NCBI GenBank assembly: GCA_951406725.2
Contig: OX597834.1
Coordinates: 27,528,001 to 27,592,000 of the forward strand
Direction: 5' to 3'
Length of the DNA: 64,000 bases
DNA from: Octopus vulgaris
Taxonomy: Eukaryota
Below are positions 14,259 to 28,671 of the stretch, piece after piece. The notes beneath the pieces were generated by a model. That model saw nothing but the letters and a program-made list of their open reading frames with translations, was not told where the DNA came from and ran no database searches. The position numbers were made by a program, and so were the translations under genes. The stretch's first letter is position 1. Every line of letters begins with the position of its first letter.

Positions 14259-14440
14259 TTAACCCTTTAGCATTCAGATTACTCTGTCAAATGTAAAGCC
14301 TGTTTAATTACATTATTTTAAATTAATTGTACGGCATCTTGTAACTCTGAGATTTTGATGTTGTCCCTGTTTATTTTTAGAATGACTTTGTAGGGTAGGT
14401 GTGAGAGGTCAGAGCTGGCTGGTTTGAGAATAAAACAGGA
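14259..14440 (+). mobile_element. piggyBac-like non-autonomous element end
   Basis: TTAA|CCCTTTAG start typical of piggyBac termini; no matching other end found. Confidence 0.45.
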
Positions 14441-14562
14441 AACTGGCTCAGTCTCTTCACCTGTATGAACCTACCTCTCGTTAATCTAAGTATGGTAAGC
14501 TTTGTTGCCCACTTCTATCGTCCTGAACAATGAGTCATATCCGGATCTGTAAATACGTGTGC

Positions 14563-14613
<51 letters not shown>

Positions 14614-15429
14614 TGTATGTGTGCGTGTGTGCGTGTGTGCGTGCGTGTGTGTGTGTGTGTTAAAAAAACAAAAAGAAGAAAGTGCTTTGAAAACTTTATC
14701 GAGGATGAAGGTGAGTAAGCACTTACATTCTTACCAAAACATGCCACCAGTTTCAACCGCTTTAAAAAGACCATTTAGTCATTCTGAAATAAAAGGAGAA
14801 CTAAATTTTAATAAATTAAATTGAATTAACCACATCAGTTTTTGAAGTCCACATACTTTTCATACAAAGATCATCAGCTAATGATATTAATAAAACACAA
14901 CTAAACGTTGTGTTTACATTATTATTATTATTATTATTATTTGATTTAAACGCTCACCTTATTTTGCTGGTTAAGATGGAATGTGTCAACGGTCCATAGC
15001 CATTAGACTAAGATCACACCTGTTTACTGGTCATGCTTCAAGGGCCCTATGAAGGATTCTTGCAGTTCCAAGTCGTCTTCATATTCTGAGTTCAAATTCC
15101 TCTGAGGTCGACTTTGACTTTCATCCTTTCGTGATCGATAAAGTAAAAGTTATTAACTTGCTAAACTAAAATCAGAAACCAATTGGTCCAGGAAATTAGA
15201 TGGTAAAATGTTTTAATTTTTATTTCATGCCTGTCGATTTTATCCCTAATTTTGTGGTTATAGAACCTAGCTGTTCTTTCTAGCGTGTTGAATCCATTAG
15301 TGGATTCCTTATGTGTTTAAATGTACACTGTATTTTATGACTAATACATAGTCTTTGGGCTAAATCTTTACACGTTAGGCCACTGGAAATGAAAATTTCT
15401 ATTAATTTTCCATTTCCCTTTGATATGAT

Positions 15430-15486
<57 letters not shown>

Positions 15487-15764
15487 AGGTATGTATACAT
15501 ACCTACATAATACATACATGTGTGTATCACGTAAGACTAGAGATGAGAACGATGATTTCCCCTCTCAAAAACTAACCAGACACAGGCATTGTGTCGTGAG
15601 CAAACTGGATGAGATGTGCTCCTGGGGCTAAAAACAACACTAGCATCGTCCTCTATAGGATCACCACATTTACTTGGGAAATTATATTTCACGATTCCGT
15701 TCTGCTACTGTTTACTTCTCGCTCAGAGAGTTGATATTGCTATATACGTGTGTGTGTGTGTGTA

Positions 15765-15799
<35 letters not shown>

Positions 15800-15829
15800 C
15801 ACTTCACTTTCACTTTGACCGACCAGTCC

Positions 15830-16055
15830 GTCAGGCGCCCATTTGACACCGCTGGTCACAGCACGCTGTCCACTCCTCTCTGGATCGCGCCTTTCTCATT
15901 CACGTGATCCCGATCGTCCTGCTGAAATCGTAATTCCACCGTCGTGGAGGTATTCCGGGTGGTCTTTTCCGCCCACGCGGGTACCACTCGACAACTGCGT
16001 GCGTCCACCGATTATCGGTGAGCCGGGCGACGTGTCCAGCCCATCTATGCTTGCT
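15830..16055 (-). pseudogene. RTE-clade LINE ORF C-terminal fragment
   Basis: KHRWAGHVARLTDNRWTHAVVEWYPRGRKRPPGIPPRRW, the typical RTE C-terminal motif. Confidence 0.85.
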
Positions 16056-16549
16056 GCGTATATATATACACATACGACGGCTTCTTTCAGTTACCAAATC
16101 CACTCACGAGGATTTGAGCGACCTGAGGTTATAGTAAAAGACACATGTCTAAGGTATCACGCAACAGGAATGAATGTGGAACCATGTAGTTAGGAAGCCT
16201 ACACTCTGTTTCTTTATAACCTTCGAGATTATCTGAGAAATACTACACCAGTCCTCCAATGAAAATTCATAACATCCCATGGCGTGAGGTCTGGCGAAAG
16301 AGATTTGCAGACACATTTCACTTATAGCTTTTGTTGTTACTCAATGCAGGATGGCTTCGTTGGCCATAGCTGACAATAGGCCGCATCCGACCACATATTT
16401 TGGATTCTATAAGGCGGCGAGATGGCATGGCCGAATCGTTACCGCGCCGGGCAAAAATGCTTAGGGGCGGCATTTGATTCGCCTTTAAGTTCTGAGTTCA
16501 ACTTCCGACCCTGGTCGACTTTGTCTTTCATCTTTCCGGTCCGGCATCG

Positions 16550-16954
16550 ATGAGGAAGAAGAAAGAGTAGAAGAAGAAGAAGAAGATGAAGAAGAAGAAG
16601 AAGAAGAAGAAGAAGAAGAAGAAGAAGAAGAAGAAGAAGAAGAAGAAGAGGAAGAGGAAGAAGAAGAAGGAGAAGAAGAAGAAGAAGAAGAGGAAGAAGG
16701 AGAAGAAGGAGGAGAAGAAGAAGAAGAAGAAGAAGAAGAAGAAGAAGAAGAAGAAGAAATTATAATGATGGTGATGACGTGGAAGAAAAAGAAGCAGAAG
16801 ATAATAACAACGATGACGACGACTATGGGGACGGTGAGGATTATAATGATGATGATGTGGTGGTGGAGGAGGAGGAGGAGGCAGAGGGTAAGCATGGAGA
16901 TGAGAATGATGATGTTTATGAAGGTAATGATGGTATGAGGAAGAAGGGGTGGGG

Positions 16955-17019
<65 letters not shown>

Positions 17020-17036
17020 GATGATGGTGATGATGG

Positions 17037-17085
<49 letters not shown>

Positions 17086-17223
17086 GATGAGGATGATGGT
17101 GATGATGTTGGTGGTGTTGGTAGTAGTGGTGGTGGTGGTGGTGGTGGTGATGATGATGTGTTAATGATAAAGATGATGACGATGAGGCAATGCTGATTAT
17201 GATGATATTGATGTTGACTACGG

Positions 17224-17269
<46 letters not shown>

Positions 17270-17713
17270 AACGACGCTGTAGTGTTACCATTGTTGTGAA
17301 AGCGAAGGATGCCACAACAGCGACTTTTTGCCAAACTCTGCCAGAGTCCACACCACGTGATGCAGCGTGTTCATTATTCTCTCGCCAAGACACCACACGC
17401 ACCAATCAGAACCTAGAGCTATAGCGGAAGTAAACCGTACAGCGACAACAGCAACATCAACACCGAGAACAATAAAAATATGAATTGGTATCGGCGAGAG
17501 AAAACAAACCGAAACCGACTCATGCAGTTCCAGAACCAACCTCCACCACCACCAACACCACCACCACCACCACCACCACCACCATCATTATAATCATCAT
17601 CATTATTATTATCACCATCTCTTTTCACTACTACCACCGCCGCCAACACCCACCACCACCATCATCATCATCATCACCATCTCTTACACTACTACCACCG
17701 CCGCCACCACCAC

Positions 17714-17746
<33 letters not shown>

Positions 17747-17853
17747 TATCATCATTACCATCTCTTACACTACTACCAACACCACCATTATCATCATCAT
17801 CATCATCATCATCATCATTATCATCATCACCATCTCTTACACTACTACCGCCG

Positions 17854-17902
<49 letters not shown>

Positions 17903-18050
17903 TATCATCATCACCATCTCTTACACTACTACCACCACCACCACCATTATCATCATCATTATCATCATCACCATCACTTACACTTCTACCACCATCATCA
18001 TCATCGCCATCGCTACAACCGTGTCGATGATGACGACGACGACGACTACG
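16550..18050. repeat. (GAA)n, (GAT)n, (CAC/CAT)n tracts flanking a unique island (about 17280-17540)
   Basis: Direct reading; 17610-18000 is a higher-order unit anchored on CCATCTCTTACACTACTACC. Confidence 0.9.
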
Positions 18051-18549
18051 ATGGCAACGACGAAGATAAGGTTTGCTGTCTCCGTCATCAAAAACCAACA
18101 TGGCTACTGCGATAGCTACAACGTATGCACGCATGCGTACATACATACACATACACACAATATTTTCCGTAAACATCGTTTTTATCATTGCTACCGAAAT
18201 ACCTTCACAAGGCACGAAAATACCTTCACATTCTCTACGCTCACCACCAAGTGAGCGTGTATATATCTGCGCGTGTGTATTAATACGGATAAATATATAT
18301 ATATATATAAATATATATATATATATGATTGTCCACCAGTCTCTCAATCTCTCTTCCTCTCTCTTTCCCTCTCCCCTTTCTGTCTCCCTTTATATATATA
18401 TATATATATATAGATTCATATGTTTGTATGCAATACACACACACACACACATATACATATCTAATATCTAAATAGACGTGCGCAGACAGAAACACACGCA
18501 CATATGTATATAAATGCATCGTAGAGAAATATTCAATTGTGTATACTAC

Positions 18550-18608
<59 letters not shown>

Positions 18609-18629
18609 CGTACACACAGACGCACACAC

Positions 18630-18669
<40 letters not shown>

Positions 18670-19037
18670 TTATTTATATATATACATACACACACACACA
18701 CAATAAACAAATATATAGTAATATATACGATTAAAAACAAATGCAAAATATACATCTGCCGATTATTCTAATTTACTCTCTAAAACTCGAATATCAAAGT
18801 GCCAGAGGAGGAGGACATTGGCAGGAAGAGAAGCTTAACCATTCCAGTAAATGCATGGCAGAGCAACAATGGTAACAGCAGGAACTATAGTTGGAACAGC
18901 GTGTTTCCAGAAATCCGGAGCATTCTATCAGATGGCTCCTGTAATAGGTGATACCATATTAGGAAGACTATTGTATAAAGACTGAATATCGGGAGTGATG
19001 TAAGAGTGGATATGCGGGACAGAAGGCAGATTATATA

Positions 19038-19451
19038 TTCTCTTTTAGCTCTTTTACTTGTTTCAGTCATTTGACTGCGGCCATGTTGGAGCACCGCCTT
19101 TTTTTAGTCGAGCAAATCGACCCCGGGACTTATTCTTTGTAAGCCCAGTACTTATCCTATCGGTCACTTTTGCCGAACCGCTAAGTGACGGGGACGTAAA
19201 CACACCAGCATCGGTTGTCAAGCAATGCTAGGGGGACAAACACAGACACACAAACACACACATATATATATATATATATACATATATACGACGGGCTTCT
19301 TTCAGTTTCCGCCGACCAAATCCACTCACAAGGCTTTGGTCGGCTCAGGGCTATATTAGAAGACACTTGTCCAAGGTGCCACGCAGTGAGACTGAACCCG
19401 GAACCATGTGGTTGGTAAGCAAGCTACTTACCACACAGCCACTCCTGCGCC
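19038..19451 (-). mobile_element. SINE family A, full length
   Basis: Ends ACTCCTGCGCC (minus-strand start GGCGCAGGAGTGG). Confidence 0.92.
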
Positions 19452-19778
19452 TTATTCATCTTTAATAAAATGTTCTTATGCATCTTTAATAATATTAATC
19501 TAAAAATATTTAAATCTAAAATAATGGCTGGCTATGTTCATTTTATAAAATCAAATAATAAAATCTATATATTTTAAGAATTTATGGTGCAGTAGGAAAT
19601 ATAATTTTTAGAATTTCTATACACTATTATTAAAAAATAGATTAGCTATATTTTATTCACATACGAAACTCATTAAAACTTTTTTTTAATCAATGATTCA
19701 TTAATTCTAAAGTTTCTGCTAAATACGCAGATTATTATAAGCTATACTATTTCTTACATAAAATAATATATAAATAAA

Positions 19779-20176
19779 CTAGCAGTATCGCCCGGCGTTG
19801 CTCGGTTTTGTAAGGGAAATAACTATATAAGCATTTTTAGAGAGTTATAGCCAAAAAATAGCAAAAAAAAATGCATTAAAAATGGGAAAAAAATGATGGT
19901 AATTTTTTTTTTTAATCGTTGACTCATCGTAGACATTTTTAGAGAGTTACTTCCCTTTTTTAATAGCGAAAAATGCATTAAAATGGAAAAAATGATGGTA
20001 ATTTTTTTTTTAAATCGTAGACTCATCGTAGACGCGCGCTAATACCCAGAAGGGCTCGATATGAACCACGACTATAAGATACCCGGTTTTGGTTAAACTG
20101 CACCGCAAAATGTGGGAGTATTAAGGAATCCAAATCGTAGGAGACAGACACACAACTTGACTTTTATATATAAAGA
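19779..20176 (-). mobile_element. Non-autonomous Helitron, family 1
   Basis: Minus strand A|TCTTTATATATAAAAG ... CCGAGCAACGCCGGG hairpin ... CTAG|T; no TSD. Confidence 0.88.
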
Positions 20177-21048
20177 TTATCAGAATTTTACTTAGTTTTA
20201 CAGAAGAAAATAAGTAAGCCAATAGTTTTTTTTTTATTTCTGTAACTAGAAGTTCGAAAGAACGTAATATTATGATATATACTAAATATCATAGGGTCTA
20301 CAAGAAATATTCAAATATGCATAATTATTCAAAAAGATATGTAATTATACTTAAGGATAATTCTAATCTATTTATGCGAACTAATATATACATTATTCTT
20401 AGTAATTAACAAGTCAAAAACACAAATTTACTTCGCTTATGAGAGGAAAATAACGACTGTAAATCAATGTTTATGATTTTATACATTCATTGCTCACGGA
20501 AAAAATAACCGGAAACACGCACTTACAATAGAAATGAGTTTAATTACCATAGGGCTGTTTATAAAATCATTTATATACTATCGTTATTAAATTTAATTTA
20601 TACATTTATAATCATTTTCTATAAAGATGGTAGTATAATTAAAACAAATCTTAAATTTAACTACGAATATAATGATATAATTGGCACTTAAGACAAATAT
20701 ATTATGCTGATTAATACTAAATTTCTTTAATTAATCCACTGAAATATTATAAATATCTTGATTGATATACTAATTAAAAGCTACACATCATCGGTTTAAA
20801 TAAAAACGTTAAAATCATTCAGTATTAATTACAAAATTTGCACTTAAATACAATTACGTTAGGGAAAGTTGTCGAATAAAGTTTGGGTAAATATCACAAG
20901 GAAAAACATTCTGTTCCCGTCATCGTCTCTAACTTTTACCACAACCTTATGCACCTATTGATTTTTAATTAAAAACAAAGATAGTATCACTTTATTTATT
21001 CATCCATTAATTTATTTATCTATCTATTTATTTACATGTATACAAATT

Positions 21049-21069
<21 letters not shown>

Positions 21070-21084
<15 letters not shown>

Positions 21085-21528
21085 TGTTGTTGTGTGAGTG
21101 TCTGTCTCCTACGATTTAGATTCCTAACTCCTCCCACATTTTGCGGTGCAGTTTAACCAAATTCGGGTATCTTATAGTCGTGATTAATATCGAGCCCGTC
21201 TGGCTATTAGCGCGCGTCTACGATGAGTCTACGATTTTAACAATAATTTAATATCATTTTTTATTATTTTATGCATAATTTTTCGTGTGTCAATGGCGGC
21301 GGAGTTGGCGTCCACGCTCAAACACCTGCACCTGTGTTTGCTTCTCCCCTTCTTCCCTCCCTCGTGAATGTAGTTTATCAACGTCGTAATGCGTTGTCAA
21401 GGAGACCAGCGTTCTTTTAGAACGACTTCATGAAGACACCAAAACAGAAATAAGAAAGCCCGAATATCTATAAAGGAAGTAACTCTCTAAAAATGCTTAT
21501 ATAGTTATTTCCTTACAAACCCGAGCAA
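21070..21528 (+). mobile_element. Helitron family 1, long variant, truncated inside the 3' hairpin
   Basis: Colinear with 63040-63553; stops at CCCGAGCAA followed by (TA)n. Confidence 0.85.
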
Positions 21529-21546
21529 TATATATATATATATATA

Positions 21547-21944
21547 TCTTTATATATAAAAGAGAGATTGAGTGCTGTCTGTCTCCTACGATTTAGATTC
21601 CTAACTACTCCCACATTTTGCGGTGCAGTTTAACCAAAACCGGGTATCTTATAGTCGTGATTCATATCGAGCCCTTCTGCGTATTAGCGCGCGTCTACGA
21701 TGAGTCTACGATTTAAAAAAAAATTACCATCAATTTTTCCCATTTTTAATGCATTTTTGGCATATATAAGGGAAGTGACTCTCTAAAAATTTATTATTAA
21801 ATCTCAGAACGTAAAAAGCTACAGTAACACCCCCCTCCCTTTGTGGTTAGCCATATTAAAATGGCTATTATACTTTACATCTCTAAAAATGCTTTTATAG
21901 TTATTTCCCTTACAAACCCGAGCAACGCCGGGCGATACTACTAG
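21547..21944 (+). mobile_element. Non-autonomous Helitron, family 1
   Basis: A|TC start, CCCGAGCAACGCCGGG hairpin, CTAG|T at 21941-21945. Confidence 0.9.
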
Positions 21945-21979
<35 letters not shown>

Positions 21980-22190
21980 TCAATCCCAACATGAACAAGC
22001 AAGAAAAAACCACAACGTGAGGACATGGAGTAAGTACAGTGTTATTGGACACTCAGGAAAGGAAAGAAAAGAAAGAGGACTTCACGTTTCGAGCAGAGCT
22101 CTTCATCAGAAGTATAGGAAAAAGTCCAAAGAAGGGAAGACGGAGAAAGAAAATCGCCAACGATACACACGCGGTCACATATTGAAATGA
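21980..22190 (-). mobile_element. Family F hammerhead-motif repeat
   Basis: Minus strand ACTT-CTGATGA-A-GAGC-tct-GCTC-GAAA-CGTG-AAGT at 22079-22113. Confidence 0.72.
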
Positions 22191-22249
22191 CCAGAATATT
22201 TGAATATATGTACATATGCACACTTATACAAATATACATACATATGCAC

Positions 22250-22362
<113 letters not shown>

Positions 22363-22384
22363 TGGTGTGTGGTGTGTGTGTGTC

Positions 22385-22642
22385 AAGGTGCGTGATTAGG
22401 ATGTAACACTCACGATCGAAAGATTGTTGGTTTGATTTTCTGATTGGAAGCCGCGTTGTGTTCTTGAGAAAAACACATAATTTCACATTACTTCAGTCCC
22501 CCTTCGATCAAGAGCGAATGTTGGATTGCTCGCCTAGTTACCGGGGTGGCATCATTTGAAGGCTAAAACAATGCAAATACGCATTGTGGCCAACGATGTG
22601 TATAACGTCTGATAGCTTGGTCGGTCACGTAATCACGTGATA
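22385..22642 (+). mobile_element. Old diverged SINE (family D-like head and central domain)
   Basis: CTCACGATC loop and GTTGTGTTCTTGAG...TTTCAC shared with family D. Confidence 0.55.
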
Positions 22643-22710
22643 TATATATATTCATGTTATATATAATATATATAGACACACGCACATACACATATATATA
22701 TGATATATAT

Positions 22711-22792
<82 letters not shown>

Positions 22793-22798
22793 AAAATA

Positions 22799-24072
22799 TA
22801 GGGTCGTCCGATAAATAATGCGGGTTTTTATACTTTTATTTTTTTTAAATTAAGATAAATGAAGTTCTTTTTTAATCTAAATTATTCGCTCCTTCATTTT
22901 CTACAATGTTCTTCCATCTATAGACCTGCAAGGCCCCTCTCCCAAAATCTACTTGTCCGTGACGAAAAATACTCCTCCAGTAAATTCTGACATTGTCTAC
23001 AGAATTCATATTTTTTTACGTCCAAATGATTTTATAGGCTGCGGAATAAATGATAATTAGATGGGACAATGTCCGACATACATGGTGGGTGAGGTATCGT
23101 TGCCTATTCAAGCTGTTCCAGCTTTTATAATGTCATCTTCGCTGTATTAGGTCCGAGCATTATCCTGATGGTAAAACACCTTTCGTCTTGGAACCAAAGA
23201 TGGTCGTTTTTCTTGTAGTGTTCACTTAAAGCCGCCCAAGCTGCTCACAGTGGATCTCCTTTGTTATTGTTTGGTTTGGGTTTAAAAGTTCAAATTGGAC
23301 TAAACTTTTCATATCCCATCAAACAGATAACAACACTTTACGTGGGTGAAGAATTTCTCTATCCTGGGATGCCCTTTCCCTCCCCACTGTCTTCGGGGGT
23401 TGACATTTTTATAGAGAACACATTTCTCGTCACCAGTCACTATTCGGTCCCCGGAAAAGGTTCATTCATGAGACGTGACAGCAAAGAAGAGAACACATTC
23501 ACTCTCTGCTCGTGATTAGACTTGGAACATTTGTGAGGAACTCATTGACCCAATTTTCTGGTTTTACCGATGGCACACAGGTTTCGATGAATGATTGAAT
23601 GACCAAATCCAAGCTTCTCTGCTAGTTCCTCAACAGTTATCATGGGACTTTGTTCCACTAGGGTTTGCAGGGCGTCCTCGTCGAGATCTACAGATCTTCC
23701 AGAATGAGGTTCGTATTCCAGGCTGAATTTTCCGGCTCGAAATTTCAAGAATCACCGTTGACATTGGCTTACGCTTATTGTCCGATCCCCATATATTGCA
23801 TTAATATTCCTCGCACTTTCCGTTGCGTTTTTGCCTTTTTTAACTCTTAAAGCAAAATATGTCGAATACGCTCCTTTGTCACTTCCATTATAGCTTCGAA
23901 AGAATAACTGTTGAGATCGAAATACACACTTCAGACCTTGTACTAAGAATAGAGAACAAGGTAAAATTACAACCTGCTTTTATAGCAAGTTGATACAGAT
24001 AGTTTATCCCGTTCCCCTCCATGTTTAACTTCATGGAATTGAAAAAAAAAACGCATTATTTATGGGATGACC

Positions 24073-24075
<3 letters not shown>
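22799..24075 (-). mobile_element. Full-length inactivated mariner transposon (~1.28 kb)
   Basis: TIRs TAGGGTCGTCCGATAAATAATGCG and CGCATTATTTATGGGATGACCCAA in TA context; ATG at 23888; motifs *VPH, VTGDEK, HQDNAR, HPPCMSDIVPSNYHLFRSL; multiple stops and frameshifts. Confidence 0.93.
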
Positions 24076-24147
<72 letters not shown>

Positions 24148-24151
<4 letters not shown>

Positions 24152-24260
24152 AGGCTCGAAACGTAAAAGACTTTTTCTATTCCTGAGCGTTATACTAATA
24201 CATCTGTTTGTTTTGTACACCACCTGTCTTCGTCTTTTGTTTTTTTCATAAACTCTCCCT
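24148..24260 (+). mobile_element. Family G repeat, 5'-truncated within the hammerhead motif
   Basis: GCGTAGGCTCGAAACGTAAAAGAC... ending in (TA)n. Confidence 0.7.
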
Positions 24261-24689
24261 ATATATATATATATATATATATATACCGAGAGAGAGAGAG
24301 AGACAGAGAGAGACAGAGAGACAGAGAGGCAGACAGACAGACAGGCAAGCAGTATTCTATGAATGCATACACGTGTATAAATACATATGGTGTAGATACA
24401 TGTGCGTTTGTTGCATGTGTAAACGTGTGACCTTCAAGATTTTGTAGGCGAGCATTCATATAATACATTAGTTTATGCATACTCCATCCAGAACAGATAC
24501 ACTTGTCGATGGCCACGAGGCACCACCCTAGAAGTATGTCCACACATCCTTATGTCACCTTCTTTCATGACACCCACGTTAATTGGCTGTCTTTTGCTCA
24601 CGTGTCTGCATCGATTGTTCCGGAAGTTACTTCACTACGTAGGCTGTCTCCCGTGTCATTGAACTCTTTGTTGTTGTTGTTGTTGTTGC

Positions 24690-24729
<40 letters not shown>

Positions 24730-24760
24730 CTTGCTGCAGCAGTTGTTGTTGGACTTCTTT

Positions 24761-24813
<53 letters not shown>

Positions 24814-24851
24814 TATCGTCATCATTTTCTTACCACAACCAAAATCACCCC

Positions 24852-24928
<77 letters not shown>

Positions 24929-25067
24929 ACTACTATTACTACTACTACTACTACTACTACTACTACAAGTAGTATTCATAGTACTAGTAGCAGTAGTACA
25001 ACCACTATACGCATATGGGATTATATATACATGTATATATATATAAACACACATATATGTGTACACA

Positions 25068-25105
<38 letters not shown>

Positions 25106-25193
25106 TTTCATTTATACATATATACATACATATACAAATCTGTATATGTATACATATTCATACATTCATATATATTTTTTCATATATTTATAC

Positions 25194-25285
<92 letters not shown>

Positions 25286-25498
25286 GTATATATATATATG
25301 TATATATATGTGAGCAATAAGAAATTTCTGAACGAGGTATATATATATATGTATATGTGCATATACATATATTCGTTATATACATGTATATTATATAAAC
25401 ACACATGTATATGTATATATAATATACATAAGCATATTATATATATAATATTAAATTTTATATACATATATATACATACATGCATACATACATATATA

Positions 25499-25614
<116 letters not shown>

Positions 25615-25887
25615 CTTATATATATGTAAGTGTTCTGTAGGTTTTCCTCTTGTAAGTCATCTTTCAACTGTCATCATGATGGAAGAGTTGATTCATTGAG
25701 ATTTTTAGCAAGAGATCAACCAGCAGCAGCAGCAACAGCAGCAATAGCACCAGCACCAACTACCACCACCACCACCACCACCACCACCACCGCCACCACC
25801 ACCACTACTACTACCACTACTACTACTACTACCACCACCACCACCACCACCACAACCACCACCATCACCACTACCACCACCACCACC

Positions 25888-25929
<42 letters not shown>

Positions 25930-26249
25930 TTAACATCTGCACCAATAACAACAACTAGATTGTCAGTAACAGCAGCAACAGCAATAAAAACGTTCACAGC
26001 CATCAAAATAACTACAATGAATTAATGCATGCATTTTATTTTATATAAGTAACTATGTACAATAGCGTCGTCATTTATCGGTTTTTTAATATTTGAAGAT
26101 GGTTTTACTAATGGTGTATTAGTATTTCGGGTTTACTTCCTTACACAAGCATACATTTCTTTTGCTGGTCTTTATGCTGGTCCCTTACTCTTACCGTTCT
26201 TGGAGGTTCTGTAAACGTTCATGGGCATCGCTGTTTCTCCTGACTAAAA

Positions 26250-26372
26250 GTGGTTAGTAGCTTGCTTCCCAACCCCAACGTGGCAACTTGGGTAAGTGTC
26301 TTCTACTATAGCCTCGGGTCGACCAAAGCCTTGTGAGTAGATTTGATAGACGGAAACTGAAAGAAAGCCATC

Positions 26373-26416
<44 letters not shown>

Positions 26417-26640
26417 GTATATATTTGTCTGTGTGTCTCTGCTTGTCCCGTCCCCCCCACCTTTGCTTGACAACCGATGGTGGTGTGTTTACGTCCCCGT
26501 AACTTAGCGGTTCGGCAAAATGCACCGTTAGAACAAGTACTAGGTTTACAATGAATGAGTCCTGGGTCGATTTGTTCGACGAAAGGCGATGCTCCAGCAT
26601 GGCCGCAGTCAAATGTTTGGAACAAGTAAAAGAATAAAAG
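26250..26640 (+). mobile_element. SINE family A with deleted head
   Basis: Homology to other A copies; followed by an older A-like head at 26644-26780. Confidence 0.85.
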
Positions 26641-27027
26641 ATTTGGCGCAGGTATAGCTGTATGGTTAAGAAGCTCACTTTCAACAACGTGGTTCAGGGT
26701 TCAATGCCTTTGTGCGTCCTCATTGGCTAAGGTTTTCTTCTAAACACCGAGGCCGACCAATACTCTGTCAGTGGCACCAGGTTGGTTGCAGGGGCTGCCG
26801 GATTTCTTTGAAGGTTGTCTCCTTTCCGTAACCTTTGATAAGGGCCCATACCGGGTACTGTCAGCCGGAACCAGCTGAGCCCGGGACTCGTGTCAGGCAG
26901 GGTCGTCACTCCCTGAAGTAGTGAAGAAAATCGCTACCCACTACCTATATATTTATATATATATTATGTATGTGTGTTAAATGCGTGTTTCTCTATGTAT
27001 GCATATATTTTTTTTTTATTCCTTTTA

Positions 27028-27351
27028 CAAATCGACCTCAAGACTTATTCTTTGTATGCCTAGTACTTATTCTGTCGGTGTCTTTTGCCGACCCACTAGG
27101 TTACGGTGACATAAACACGCCAACATCGGTTGTCAAGCGATGGTGAGGGACAAGCAAAGACACACAAATACATACATATAGATAAATAGACACGACGGGT
27201 TCCTTTCAGTTTCCTTCTACCAAATCCACTCACAAGGCTTTAGTCGGCTCAGGGCTATAGTAAAAGAAACTTGCTCAAGATGCTACGCAGTGGGACTGAA
27301 CCCGGAACCATGTGGTTGGGAAGGAAGCTTACTACCACACAGCCACTCCTG
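27028..27351 (-). mobile_element. SINE family A, 3'-truncated
   Basis: Homology to other A copies. Confidence 0.85.
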
Positions 27352-27360
27352 TATATATAT

Positions 27361-27592
27361 ATTTCTTTACTACCCACAAGGGGCTAAACACAGAGGGGAC
27401 AAACAAGGACAGACAAAGGGATTAAGTCGATTCCATCGACCCCAGTGCGTAACTGGTACTTAATTTATCGACCCCGAAAGGATGAAAGGCAAAGTCAACC
27501 TCGGCGGAATTTGAACTCAGAACGTAACGGCATCCGAAATACGGCTACGCATTTCGCCCGGCGTGCTACCGTTTCTGCCAGCTCGCCGCCTT
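27361..27592 (-). mobile_element. SINE family C, full length
   Basis: Head GGCGGCGAGCTGG through tail GGGTAGTAAAGAAAT. Confidence 0.92.
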
Positions 27593-28631
27593 ATATATAT
27601 ACTCCTGTATATATATGTATGCTTTTGTGCGTATGTATGTATTTCTATTGTATGTCAGTTTGTATTATTGTATGTATTTATGTATTTATGTATGCACGCC
27701 GTGTTTCTGTTTATCAAAATGTCACTGAAAAAGACTTGCCCAAGGTGTTGTTCACAGTGGGATTCTACCACCCGGAATCTCGTGGTTGCAACGCGAAATT
27801 CTTGATCACGCTGCCATACCAATCCCTTTAATTGCATCAGGCTCCATAAATTAAAGTAATTAACCAAGCTATCAAGTAATTGCTTTATAAAATACATGTA
27901 GACTTATAATTTGACTGATAAAATAGAGGAAGCGAGAGAGAAAGAAAGAGAGAGAAAGAGTAGAGAAAGGTGAAAGTGAGGTTAAAAGGGAATGAAGAAT
28001 GTGTATGTATGCATGTGTATGTGCATATGTGAGTGTATGTATGTGTATGTGTGTGCGTGTGTGTGTGTGTGTACGTATTTATGTATGTATGGATGTGTGT
28101 TATTATGCATGTATGTATATGAGAGAAATAGGGAAAGAGAGATAGGAAGTAGGTCGAGAGGTAGAGAGTAGATAATAAGCTGCGTTGATAAAGGATGAAG
28201 GAGAGAGAGAGAGATAGAGAGAGAGTGAGATGGAAAGAAAGGTGGAGAGAGAGACGATGAGAAAGAGAGAGAGAGAGTGAGGGAGAGAGAAAAAGAGAAG
28301 TATATAGATAGGAAATGAAAGGTAGAGATGGTGGTAGAAAGGGAAGTAGTCAGGGAAGCAATGAAGAAAGAAAGAAAGAAAGAAAAGAATGAGTGAATGA
28401 ATGAATGAAAGACAAAAAGAAACAGCGAAAGAAAGAATGAAAGAAAAAGACGGAAGAAGAAAGGAAGAAAGAAACAAAGAAAAGTTGAAAGAAAGGAAGT
28501 AAGAAAGAAAGAAGGAAAGAAAAGATAAAAGAAAGAAAGAGAGAAAGAAAGTAAAGAGGATAAAAAGAAGAAAGGATGGAAGTAAGAAAGAAGGAAAGAA
28601 AGAAATAATGAAATGATGAAAGAAGAAAAAA

Positions 28632-28671
<40 letters not shown>

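Noticed and set aside
14680-14720. Strong donor GAAG|GTGAGT (also CAG|GTAAGT at 4683)
   Set aside because: No convincing acceptor or coding homology; expected by chance
16485-18347. Poly-Ser/His/Asp/Pro ORFs
   Set aside because: Triplet microsatellites with no domain content
19452-21050. AT-rich stretch as a possible mitochondrial insertion
   Set aside because: Only a short ACCATAGGG resemblance; no recognisable rRNA or protein motifs; needs BLAST
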